Below the pieces are notes generated by a model. That model was not told the origin of the DNA and made no database searches. It worked only from the letters and a program-made list of their open reading frames with translations. A stretch of 64,000 bases of DNA. It comes from Utricularia gibba. Lineage: Eukaryota > Plantae > Magnoliophyta. Below, one piece after another: positions 1-12,121 of this stretch. The position numbers and the translations under genes were made by a program. The number at the start of each line of letters is the position of its first letter. Position 1 is the stretch's first letter. The stretch spans positions 4,402,001 through 4,466,000 of the forward strand of contig NEEC01000002.1 of the NCBI GenBank assembly GCA_002189035.1, written 5' to 3'.

Positions 1-1046
1 TTTGGGACTAAATCATAATTTAATCTCAACCTCAAACTTAATTGTTTTCTGGAGGAATGTAGCAATTGTCAGCCAACCCAATTCCTAGGAGTCGAGAAGA
101 GTATAGTGAAATTGATAAAAGTATAAAGAAAAAGTTGAAGGTAGCAATGTAATTCCAAAGAAGTAAAAAAGTAGATTTTTGGAAATGATGGGAGAGAGAT
201 AAGAGGAGAGAAGACCTTGAACAACGGACCAGACACTTTTGTGGGGGGAGGGGGATTTGAAGAAAAACTCGCAAGAACTTGCAAGAAAAAATAAGCAGAC
301 ATCCCAAGAATGAAGCTCATGTCTAAAGACTGTCTTTTGATTTCAAAGAATATTACTCAGTTAAGAGTAGCTTGCGACAGTTTTAGTTTTCTGTTGGACT
401 TTTTACATTCCATGCTTGTTTGTTTTCTGGTTATCGAACTTTGATGATATTTTATGTTTTATTTTCATTTATCTTAAGTATGAGTGACTAAGCACTTAGG
501 GATGCCTTGAGGCCAAAGAGGTGTAATGTGCTAATCAATCTTTTGACCTTATTAATCATATATCACACTACTTCCTTATCAAACTAGGATAGATCTAGGA
601 GGTGGAAGGAGTGACATTGATGTTAACAACCCTAATTAGAGGTAGATCAAATATTAGGGAAAAACAAGGGTTTAAGTAGATCTAGACTTTTACTTGTTAG
701 ATGTATGATTTGTGGTATATATAAGGTTATTCTGGTGATGAGCATGCAAGTTTTAGAAGCCCCAAGGTATCACTTTCTTTCACTTTAGACAAAGATTTGT
801 TTCTACCCATTTCCTATCTTTCTGCTTAGTATCGTTGAACTACCTTAATTTTAGCTTACACTATATCTCTTAATCGTGACATCTACTAAATGCATTGATA
901 ATCACGTAACAAGCACCTGCTCTTCGTATTTGACCCTAATCACTATGCTCATAGTTGTATTATGCTTGAATGTGTATTAAGTTTATAAATTTTATTTGAT
1001 AGAAGAAATTTGCATTTTAACGACATTGAATATTTTTCGTTTATCA
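1..1046 (+). mobile_element. Athila-type Ty3/gypsy LTR, 5' end cut by the window edge
   Basis: Aligns by eye with 2498-3645 and with the reverse complement of 46827-47986 (e.g. tctaaagact..aagaatattact..agttaagagtagc). Ends in the family terminus ...ttcgtttatca at 1046. Confidence 0.8.
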
Positions 1047-2306
1047 ACTACCACTCAGGGTGATGGAGGTGGTTCTAGTGTCACTTTGAAATTTTGTTGT
1101 CTTTTTCGCACAAACAAATCTTTGTTCTATAGGACTCAAGGTGCTAGAATTGAGTTACACTGTCACATTGGAATTATCCCTTCTTTGACTTCTTCCCTGA
1201 AACATGTTCAAGTTCATCGAAAAATCTCACCCAACATTTGAAATCTTCGTTCTCTCTCTCTCTTTACTCGATCGCATGCCCCTATGGTGTGCCTTAGAGA
1301 GGCTTAGCTTTTTGCGGATACAAATGCATAATTGCTATTTTGCCCTTGGACTAATAAATATTACGCAGAGTTGTAGAATACATGATATAGCTCAAATGGG
1401 CTGACCATTCTTGGGCTTGGATGAAATAGTAAGGTCACCCCAAGAAATAGATAGACATAAAATAGATCCAAAATATGTTTTTACACACACTAAATTTACT
1501 AACACTAATTTTGATATTTTTACCTATTCGAACTCACCTAACTCCTCTTCCTAACACTGAAAAAGAACACGAATATTACTGATTTTGATTTAACATCAGT
1601 GCTAAATTGGATTTCCATACTTGTTCTTCAATTCAAAGGTTCTTCTCTAAAAATCGTGTTCATCCTTCTTCCCTTTGTTGTGATGTCTCTATATAGCCTT
1701 CTTTTGCGGTTTCTCTCCCTTCCAAATTTTCTCCTTCTTTTATTTTTCAATGCAAGTATGGTTTGTAAAAATTGTACTATTTCTAGCTCTAATTAATAGT
1801 TTGCTATGACGAAAGTTGCAGTCTCTTTTGTGTTGTGTGTCTTGATGTCTATTGAGTAACTCCTGTACAAAATTTATGTCTTGCCCCTAATTCTAAGACC
1901 TTCTTGCTAGACTCAAAATCAGTTAGAATAGAGAGTGGGATTTTGCCCACAAGCATGCCAAAACATACGTATTCCTAAATTTTGGCAAGATACTTAAAAT
2001 CATACAATAAACACTCATAAAATAATTAAAAAGTTACAATTTTCATATCCTAAAAATACTAAAATTCATATGTTATCACTGTTTATAACAATAAACAGCA
2101 TCCAAGGCTTATTGGTTGATATATTATTATACAGTTTCAACTATTTCATTCTTTACACATACATATTCATAATGTTCTATTTATTGATTAAAAAACTATA
2201 GTTATGGCATTGTTAAATATAAACTACAATTAAGTTTTTGAAATATTTATGTGAAATTCTAAATGTTTCAAAAAAATTAAATATATACCTACCTCAATAT
2301 AATACA

Positions 2307-4300
2307 TGATAAATTAAAAAATTGATACTATTGTAATAAAATCAAATTTCATATCAAATAAATTTATAAGTTCTACTATTCAAAAAATACAAGTTCATAG
2401 AACATGCATAGTGGTTTTTGGAATCGATCACAAGGAGCGAATACTTGCGATGTGTTATAGTCTTTGCAAGATCAAAGAGTGACTTCAGTTTTAATCTTGA
2501 TAACACATATTTTTGAGTAATTGAATATAGGGAAATGACTCATATTGTACTACAAAACTTAAGCTTTATTGTCTATTTTTATGTTTTTTTACAAATAATA
2601 TCGTAGTTGTGTTTTTTTTATTCCTACATTAGTTCTAATAGTTTTCTTTGAGAAATGCACCGCATGTCGGCAACCCAAATCCCAAGGAGGCGGATATGAA
2701 CAGCGTAGTGGTAGAGGATGAGACAAAAGGCTGTAAAGAAAAACACAAAATCCAAGGACAGGAAAAAGGGAGATTTCGGACACAAAATGAGACAAGATGG
2801 AGAGAGAAACGAGATCTCTCCCATTGGGGCAAATGATACATTTTTTCAGGAGAAGGCTTCTTGGGGAAGAAGAAGGGAGACGAACCAGAAACGAAACTCA
2901 TATCTAAAGACTTTCTTTTGTTTCCAAAGAATATTACTTTCAGTTAAGAGTAGCTAGCGACAATTTTAATTTTATGTTGAAATTTTTAAATTCCTTGCTT
3001 GTTTATTTTTTTGTTATTGACTGTGAGAAGAGTACAATGTGGATGATGTTCTACTTTCCATTTTCGTTTACCTTAAGCATGAGTAAATAAGCAATTAGGA
3101 GTGCTTTGGAGGTGAAAAGAAGTGAAATGTGCTAATCAATCTTTAAACTTTACTGACTATAAGTCATGCCACTTTCTTAACAAATTAGGATAGATCTAAG
3201 AGAGGGAAGTAGTGAAACTCATCTTAACAATCCTAATTAGAAGTAGACCAAAGATTAGGGGGAAAACAAGAGTTCGGGTAGACCTAGATTTTGTTTGTTA
3301 GATGTTTGATTTATGGTCTATGTGAGGGTGTTTTAGTGATAAGCATATATCTCCTAGAAGTTCCAAAACATCACACATTTCATGTCAACAACAACTGAGT
3401 TCAAAAGTTTGTTACTTTTTTTTACTATATTTCATCATAATCCTGTCTTTGTCCTAATTAAGACCAAATCTATTAACGTGACACTAATTGCATGTATTGA
3501 TAATCATATGACAAGCAGTTGCTCTTCATGTTCAACCCTAAACACTATGTTTATAATTGTATTATGTTTGAATGTGTATTAGGTTATAAATTTTATTTGA
3601 TAGGAAGATTTACATTTTAACGACATGTAAATTTTTCATTTATCAAGTCTAAAGTCAAACTTACGACAATAGAAAAACTCGTTAAGTAAGGTCAAGTTGC
3701 AGAGTAGAAAATAACAAGTATTGGTTCTAAGTACAGGATAATACTAAAGTATCTCAAGGGTACGCAGGTGATGTGGTACTAAGATTCTGAATTTAATTTA
3801 CCACATTCATATACTCACAATTTAAAATACCTAAGTGTACCCAGGTCATTCATTATATTTCAGCAAAGATAATCTTCATTATCATTACCAACTTCGCAAT
3901 TAAGTCTACCCACATGTAAACTATATAAAATAAATATATCCGTTTCTACTGGTTCTATTTTGGACTAAGACCTATTGTCCTCGCCTTGATTTAATAGTTT
4001 ACCTCTAATCAAGTATTTGAGTTATAAAGCTATTTGTTCCCCCCTCCCCTTCCTTGTCCTTTTACGTCTATCCAAAAAATGATAGAAACAAATACTAAGA
4101 AATAATGACCAATAATATTATAAATCTTAGCCCCACATCACCATTATATACTTTAAGACATTTCTAAAGTTTAGTTACTTATGTATGGAAAATAAAGAAA
4201 GATTTCATCATAAGCTGAAGAAAATATTTCAAAATTATCAAATAAACATCCAGCAAAAGTAAAACGGTCAGCAAACTAAGCACATAAAATATTCGGTTTC
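2307..4300 (-). mobile_element. Older degenerate Athila-type LTR interrupted by the solo LTR at 2498-3645
   Basis: 2307-2497 and 3646-3800 are reverse-complement similar to the 3' part of the LTR at 61786-63159. Starts tgataaa at 2307. Right boundary approximate. Confidence 0.55.
2498..3645 (+). mobile_element. Solo LTR (Athila-type), 1148 bp
   Basis: TGATAA...TTATCA termini. Flanks aatct/agtct are a 5-bp TSD with one mismatch. No adjacent PBS or PPT. Confidence 0.8.
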
Positions 4301-6281
4301 CGTTTGCTACTGTTCACAGCATGGAATAGTAGTGTTAACTGGGTTCTTGAACTTGTTCTTCTCGTTTTAAACCTATTGCTGGACTCAAAGAAGGTTACTC
4401 ACATGGAATGAGCTAAATAGAAGGATTTAGCCCATTTGTATACAAAATTAATATGTTCCCTGAATTTGGTAAAACATTCGAAACTATAAACTAAACAATT
4501 AAGACATAATAAAAAATCACAATTTTCTTATCATAAAATAGGAAAATTTGTGTGCTATTAATATAAATCAACTTTTTCCCTAAATCCTAACCTTTTTTCT
4601 CGTCTATTATCGTTTATATTTTTTATTGTGTAAATTTGATATGATTCAATATAAAATATAATTATTTTCAAGTAAGATGATCACATATATATTTATATAT
4701 ACATAATTATATAGTATGTTATCTATTGTCAAATTTACTTTATTATATTTTTTTCTTGATTATCCATACAAAGTAATATTTAGCATGCTTAAATCTATAA
4801 AAATTTCAAAAAATCGTTCACAGCTTGATTACAAATACTAAAAAAATATTCTTGTCTACACAGATATGCTTATAACATTGATCAAGATCATATATTAAAT
4901 CTAGATTGAATTCAACATATTTAATGTTTCAAAAAATATCGTTTTGTAATAACTACATTATCCTATAATATCTGACATTCTTTGTTTATTTGAACTAAGG
5001 AAGAATAGGTGATAATAAAGAAAATATATGATCTCCTGACACAAATTTATGAGATTATGATTTTAATATAAAGATCACAGTATTTAATTTCTAACTTGCA
5101 TATAAAAGTTTCAATGATTGAATGGAAACTTAAATAACTCTCAAATTCCAAGGATGAATTGATAATGACACTGATAGTAAGAATGGAATAGAAATTTGAT
5201 AATTAATGATAAATTTAGACCTCCAAAACATTAATTTCTCATACTCTTATTCATTGATAATTCATAAAATGTACATTTTAAATTAGTTACATTGATAAAC
5301 ATCTATCTTACCTGAAATGTTTCTTATTCCCTCCATTCAAAATAGCTCAAAGTACGACATATGAAGTGATCCTTATCACTCTTTTGAATTTCTTTGACTT
5401 TCTTTGTTTAAGAACCTATTATCACTCTTGGTTGTCCTGATGATTCCATTACAACTGTAATCTGTTGCCATAATATTCTTTCAAAATATTTCAAACAAAC
5501 TCTATTTTCTTGTATTTAATCTAATAATGCATAAGTTTTCAGTGTTTTAGAACTAGCAAATAATTAATATTATGCTATTAAATTAGGATTTTATTAGATA
5601 TTTATGTATTTTATGATTAGTAGTGTTATTTACTTCTTTTGTTCCAGATTGTATTCCAACCTTTGTTTTAATCACCTTTTTTGGACAATGTAGCATGTTT
5701 TCAGTTGTATAAATTTTATTTTATAAATGAATTTGCATTCATATGACCAGTGCAAAAATTTTCGTTTATCACAGCCAAACCATGGTAAATTGATACCGAT
5801 TTTCTATATTCCTCGCACATAAAAGACATAAGTACATGTTTTTGATTGAATGATTCTACAGTGGGTAATAACCATCTATCTCATTTAATGATTTGCATCT
5901 CACATATTTCGTCCTTTTTTATTGTCGTAGTAAGTCATACAAAATACTAATCTTTACCACTGAGAACTTTTCACGTTATGCAAGTATCCATCTCGTTGAC
6001 TTAATATCTGAAGTTTATTGCCTTAAAACCGCTAGCCGCCGTTCTCCATGTTGTCTTCCACACTCACACCACATACTTCATCTCTCCCATTTCATTAACA
6101 TTTGAATATGTATATTGATTTTATTTTAAAAATAAAATAAAATGTTTTTTACTTAAAAATATTATTAAAAAATTAATTTGAATATTTTATTACTATAGTA
6201 GAATCATATTTATTTACGTATGGTCGTATTGTTCTGATCCACCGTAGACACACGCGGCCCCATAGAGCTCAGCGGAGAGGT

Positions 6282-8691
6282 TCAGGAGATGGGATGAGGA
6301 GCGCCGTTCCAGGCGCTTAAGCACTTGAACAATGGATCCACGATGAGGCCGTTGCTGATCGCTGTGAAAACCTTCTCAGTGACCTCGCCTGGTGAAGTGA
6401 CCTTCTCTCCCGTCAGGAATTCCGCCCCCAGCTCCTCCCTCACAAACTTGTACAGCGGGTACGATCTGCATTCTGTAATCCTGTTTGGGACCCCTGGATT
6501 TCCATTCTCGACTGCGCTTCTCGCGCCCTCAACTTCCTTGGGCAAAAGGGCCTTCAGATCTTCCTCGAAAGATTCGATCTTTTGGAAGATGGAAGTGTTT
6601 GTGTTCTTCTCGCCTTCCCCGTTCTTCAGGGCGTGCTCGACAAGGACTTGTCTGAGTCTCTGCATCAACGGGTATGCGGCGCTGCAGGGGTCGTCGATGT
6701 AGGCAAAGACGCATTCGCGGTCTACTACGCGGAGTAAATCTTTCTCGCAGAATCGTGAAGCGTGGAGCTCGCCGTTGTGGCCGGTTGCTAGCTTTCTCTT
6801 CGCCACTTGCGCGACAGTGTTCTTCACGGCGAGGCGGAAATTCTCCTCCAGGTGACGGAGATCAATAGCTTGGCAGAGAGCAACCAAATAAGTGGAAGAC
6901 ATTAGCTTCAGAATGTCTAGAGCTTCAGCGGTTTTCCTTGAAGAAATCAAACCCAATGAGTTCACGTCCTGGTTGTGTTGCTCCGCGCTTTGGGCATGGC
7001 TCGTAACTGGATTGGCCAAGAATTGGACCTCAGAGCAATAAGCAGCCATAGCAATTTCGGCACCCTTGAGGCCGTAATCAAGGCTGGGATTTCCCCGCCG
7101 GAGAGATTGGACGGCAGCCCGTTGTTGTAGAAATCATTTACCAGTTCAGAGAATTGGGCGAACATCAGCTTCCCGATTGAAGCAATCGCCAATCTTGAGT
7201 TATCCATCGCGGTTCCAATTGGAGTCCCCTGAAAATTTCCTCCATGCAAAGCCTTGTTCCTGGAGACATCGATCAGAGGATTGTCATTAACAGAGTTGAT
7301 TTCTCTCTCAATCATTTTAGTTGCAGTTCTGATGACTTCAATCTGAGGTCCCAACCACTGGGGCGAAGTTCTCAGAGCATAGCGATCTTGCTTAGGCTTC
7401 TGCAACGGATCCATTCATGAAGCTTCTGAGCAGCTTTCACATACGAACTTCCCTCGAGTATGTGTTCCATTATCGCAGCAGCCTCAATCTGGCCAGGATG
7501 GTGCTTCAGCTTGTGCGTCAAGTGATCGGTGAACTCCGGCTTCCCATTCATAACCTCCGCAAAAACGGCAGACAAAACCACCGAGAGGACGGCGAGAATG
7601 TTGGCCTCGTAGAGAGCAATCGAAGCCAAACCGGAACCGACGGCAGTGCCATTAACGAGAGCGAGTCCCTCTTTTGGCTGCAGCTCGAAGAAACCACAAT
7701 CGACGCCAGAGATCTTGAAGGCTTTCTCCGCAGTGACAATATCTCCGTCGGGGCCTACCGCCTTCGAGTTGGGGCGCCCTGTTAGAAGCCCGGCGATGTA
7801 GGACAACGGTACAAGGTCCCCTGAGGCTGTGATCGTGCCGCGGAGGGGCAAACAAGGGGTGACGTTGCTGTTGAGGAACCTGGCCATGGCTTCCAAGATC
7901 TCGAAACGGATTCCGGAATACCCCTGGAGCAGCGTGTTTATTCTAACCAGCATCGCCGCCCTCGTGGCTGAGCGAGGCAGCGTGTGGCATGATTCAACGC
8001 CGTGCCCGAAAACGCCGGCATTCAAGAATCTGAACAAGTTCAAAATAAGCAAATCTCGATTAATTACTCTGTAACAGATTGTCAAGATGAACAAAAATCC
8101 ACGTGTCTCCCCAGCCATGTGTGAGTTTCGTTCAACTTGTATCAAAATTTGGTTGTTCATCGGCACGTGCCGATCGCCGGAGTCATCACGTGCCACTGCC
8201 CGGTTCCACCGAGCAGCCCACCGGATGTACTCAACTAAGCCATTTTCTGTAACCTTGTACGATGGAGCGTGTCTGGTGATGGAAGTTGGAAAAGAAGGGA
8301 GCAAAATGGGGTACCTAATGAGCTCCTTCTGCAGAGCGCCGCCCTGTTTTGTTCTCCGGTAGGAGGTGCCGCCGAAGCCAGTGGTGACGCCGTAGCTATC
8401 TGTCCCTTTATTCATGCTGTCCATAACCCAGTCGCTGCTGGCCTCAACGTCGGCCCTGGCGGACTCCGCGAGCACCACCTTGACGGCATTCTCTGTGGCG
8501 GCGATGGAAGCCACCTGCGATATCGTCAGCGTCTCGCCGCCGAGCTTCACCTCCGCCTTCCTGAACTCCTCCACCATTCTCCTCACCTCCCCCAGATGGC
8601 TCCCCTTCAGCGCGGCCGCCGCAGTGTCCCAGTTCAGCGGATCGTCGCTGAGGCAGAGCCCATCCTGACGGTGGTTCCCATTCCGAGCCAT
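6282..8691 (-). CDS. PAL: Phenylalanine ammonia-lyase. Exon 1 8691-8315, intron 8314-8030, exon 2 8029-6282. About 708 aa if two 1-bp frameshifts (~7414, ~7095) are corrected; pseudogene or assembly error.
   Basis: Motifs [22 protein letters not shown]|FLNAG (canonical intron in the Arg codon, GT..AG seen), MIO-forming [39 protein letters not shown] and C-terminal WNGAP. F-L at the substrate-selectivity position indicates PAL rather than bifunctional PTAL. Confidence 0.95.
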
Positions 8692-8767
8692 CGGAAGCAA
8701 GTGGGTAGAATGGTGAACCACGGCGTGATTGTGGTTAATCGAGTGGGGAAGAAGTTGGATCAGCGGG

Positions 8768-8775
8768 TTTAAATA
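8768..8775 (-). promoter_or_regulatory. Putative PAL TATA box (TATTTAAA), with AC-rich tracts further upstream (~8895-8945)
   Basis: CTATTTAAACC on the minus strand about 77 nt upstream of the ATG at 8691. CCCCACC/ACCACCC tracts resemble the AC elements of phenylpropanoid promoters (position inference only). Confidence 0.5.
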
Positions 8776-10199
8776 GATGAATGCCGTCTACTTTCGAAGG
8801 TGGGGCTTGAGAGGAACGTTGAGGGCTCATCGCAGCCGCACAACTCCCTATTTACAAGAAAACACAAACAAGCCCACGCAATTTACATAGAATAGAAAAG
8901 CGGGTGGTAATTCCAAGTAGCTCGGCTCGGGTGGGGATGGGGTTTATTCCGTCCTCCGATGTTTTCCGAGAATCCAAATCTGCAATAAATGTTGCTGGCA
9001 CATGTTTCATTACCGGAAGGGCTGTGCCTGTGGAGTTGAAGGTCGGATTTCCTTCAAAGTCTTCTTGTCGGCTAGCGCGAACGACCAGTGAGAAAAGCAT
9101 GCATTACCGGATTCGACATCACAACCGTATATGAAAGGCATAATCATCGCATAGCGATTGAACACCCAATGGTCTGATGTTTATTAAAACAAATAATCTC
9201 ACAATCACAAGTTAAATAAAATATTTATATATATAAAAAATTACAAATAATTAATAAATAATTAGATCCCATCTTTTTTAAATATAATCTACATTTTTTT
9301 GCATACTTGAATTTTACATATACTCATTGTATTTTTAATTAGATCGATATATAATTGAACATATTAGAACATATAATTCCATATAGAAAAACTAAGTATA
9401 TAACAATTTTAAATTACTAGTAATCAATTAAATTTAATCTTTTTTAAATATAATTTACGTTTATTGTATATTTGAATTTCATATGTATTCACTAGATGTA
9501 TCAAATTTGTAATTTTCAAAATGTAAAGACATCAAAAGGGAAGCCATCTGACTCAAATTGCCCCCCTACTTTTTGGTTTGGGCGTAGCAGCCCTCGACGT
9601 CAATGGAAGCTAGCGGGTTTCTTTAGGCCTATTTTTGGTCCCACCTCTTTTACCGCCTTCATTTTTGCAGACAATAAAAATGAAAACGAATCTCCACACA
9701 AAGCATCAGGCAACACTTCAGTGTTCTATGCCAAATGAATTTCAATTGGGCGCTGCCTTCTAACTAGAAGATATAGAAAGATGTTCAATCTAAATCGATG
9801 CATGTATTTGAATGGTGGTTGTGATTAGAATTGAATAAATCATTAGCAAATGAACAAACATCATAATTGCAATACAAAAACAAACCCAAATCATATAGAA
9901 AACAAAAGGATGGCATTGCTTATCAAATTTCAAAATGTATACTACAAAATACTTATCTAAATCTGTATATATATATATACATATAATCGTCTATAGTGCA
10001 TTATTATACATTTTGAAAAATCATCTTTTAAATAGGCGAATTTTTATTAATCTTAATAATAGATTCATTGCTAGATCTATTTTACATATGGTGTTGATAT
10101 ATTAATAAGAGTTTAATTCGATGTCTTTCAGATATGATGAATTTCTCAAGGCATAGTTTCATTGACATGGGTGTTGCTTGTTGGATTGATGCATTGACC

Positions 10200-10600
10200 A
10201 TAGAAATTTCCTCTATTTTGGATAGGGTGTACACATCCACATATCTCACTATTCTCATAATTAGTTCATTTGAACTAAACCTGTTCTATGAACGCAAGCT
10301 TGGTATTTTATGCCTGATAAGCATTTGATCATCATATCAATCTATCACTTTCTATACATAAATCTCCCCATTAGTGATAACATCTCTAATCCAATGATAT
10401 CTTATTTTCACGCATATTGTCCGAGTGTGAAATGCTGCGCTTTTGCTCAATGCCAAGGTGCTTTGATTGTAGCAATACATGGTGGTGATCTTTCCTTTCA
10501 GTCCAAAATGATTCATCACCTTTCTCATCCAAACAACTTCTTTTACAGTTCTGAATACATTAACATAAATTCTTTTGAGGTACTAAGAGTTATGATGCAC
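10200..10600 (-). mobile_element. Ty1/copia RNase H C-terminal fossil
   Basis: Minus-strand translation TVKEVVWMRKVMNHFGLKGKITTMYCYNQSTLALSKSAAFHTRTICVKIRYHWIRD resembles the copia consensus EAIWLR...LYCDNQSA...FHxRTKHIxxRYHFIRD. Confidence 0.7.
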
Positions 10601-11107
10601 AAATTCTATTATTTTATTCAAATTCATGGATTCGTAGATATACATAAAGATCATATATGTATATCCAATAAATTTTTATTAAAAATAAAAAATATATATA
10701 CAAAAATATTATTAATCAATATATTTTCTCATTCTATGTTTATATCATCGATGATTGTCATTGAAATGATCATTTATAATATATTTTCTTTATTATTTAA
10801 TTTATTATTCATCATATGTATAATTCAAAGTATGATATATTAATTATAAAAGTTTATCAAACATACTAATTTACTATTGAACCATTTTGAAATTGAACTT
10901 ATGTTATTCTTAATGTTTATTTTGATATTTCCAATATTAGATTTCTTTTTTAAATATGGATGTAAGTGATATTTAAATATTGATTTATTACTTTTATTAT
11001 TGATTATTAAATTTAAAATTTTATATATTAAGATAATTATTTTTTATTTTTAAAATTTATTTTTAAAAAAATTGATTTTATTTTTAAAAGTAATATTATT
11101 TTAAGTA

Positions 11108-11628
11108 TGTTGGGGGTAAAATCGAAATCCGATGGAAGGCCGATTTTAGGGTGATAAGTGCAATCGGAAATGTCACACTTAGTTACGTTTTTCACGGTTG
11201 ATTCGGTTGAAATGAAAGTAAGCGAAGATTTTTACGTGGAAATCGCCGGAAGATGGGAAAACCATGGAGCTATCGGAACTCGGCGGAAAAGATTTCCACT
11301 AAACGGAGATGGCGAAGAAGAGGATACAAGTTGAATAATCCTTCAAGTTCAAAAAAAAATAATCATCATCCTTTCTCCGTAATGGTTTCTCCTATTTATG
11401 GAAGAGCCCAATCTGGCCGAATCCCGATGTTTGCCAACATCGGTTGCTTTCTGCACATGTTATACGATCTCGCTTTTTAGATTTCGGCCGCCTGTTATGC
11501 CGTGATTCGGTCGCTTTTTAGACTGCGCCTCTGATTTGCATCATTCGGTCGACTGGCGCGATCATGTCAGAACATCTCTTGACAGCTTTTCAAAGGTCGA
11601 CTGATTATACCCGATTTGTACCCCATCA
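11108..11628 (-). repeat. 3' LTR of element B
   Basis: Direct repeat of 19396-19915, TG..CA termini. Confidence 0.95.
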
Positions 11629-11640
11629 TTCAGCCCCTCT
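11629..11640 (-). other. Polypurine tract of element B (AGAGGGGCTGAA)
   Basis: Abuts the 3' LTR; identical 12-mer at 29093-29104 in element C. Confidence 0.85.
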
Positions 11641-12121
11641 GATTCGCCGATATTGGCTCTTTCGGGAAAATCGGTGAATCAGAAATATGACTACACCGAT
11701 ATCCTGCATGCCGTTTCTCATGATTGAGTCTCGAACCAACCTGAACCGATTTCTGTGCCACGCGTCAGCTCCCGAGCGGGCCGCGCTTTTTCCTGCTCGC
11801 TCTGGGTATTCTAAACGTCGTGTCGTTTCGTCTCCCGAACGTCTCCATTATAAATATGCGTTCCCCCTATCATTCCCCTCCTTTGGTGTCTTTGTTACCT
11901 GTAAGGTTCCTGCGTTCTCCATGCTCTGTTGCGCTCGTCCACCGCTCGACCGTTGTGATACCCATTGGAAACCGCCAGTTTTTCAGGTACCAGCCGATCT
12001 TTCGTCTTTTCCGTTTGGTCCTTTGGGATTTTTGGTGAGTCACCTTTATCTTTCTGAGTCATTCGCCCTTTCTGACTTCTGCCTCGCTCTAGGGTTTGGG
12101 TCCTCTTTTGATTTTTCGAAA

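Noticed and set aside
10310-10843. 177-aa plus-strand ORF
   Set aside because: Antisense shadow of the copia RNase H fossil running into AT-rich low-complexity DNA.
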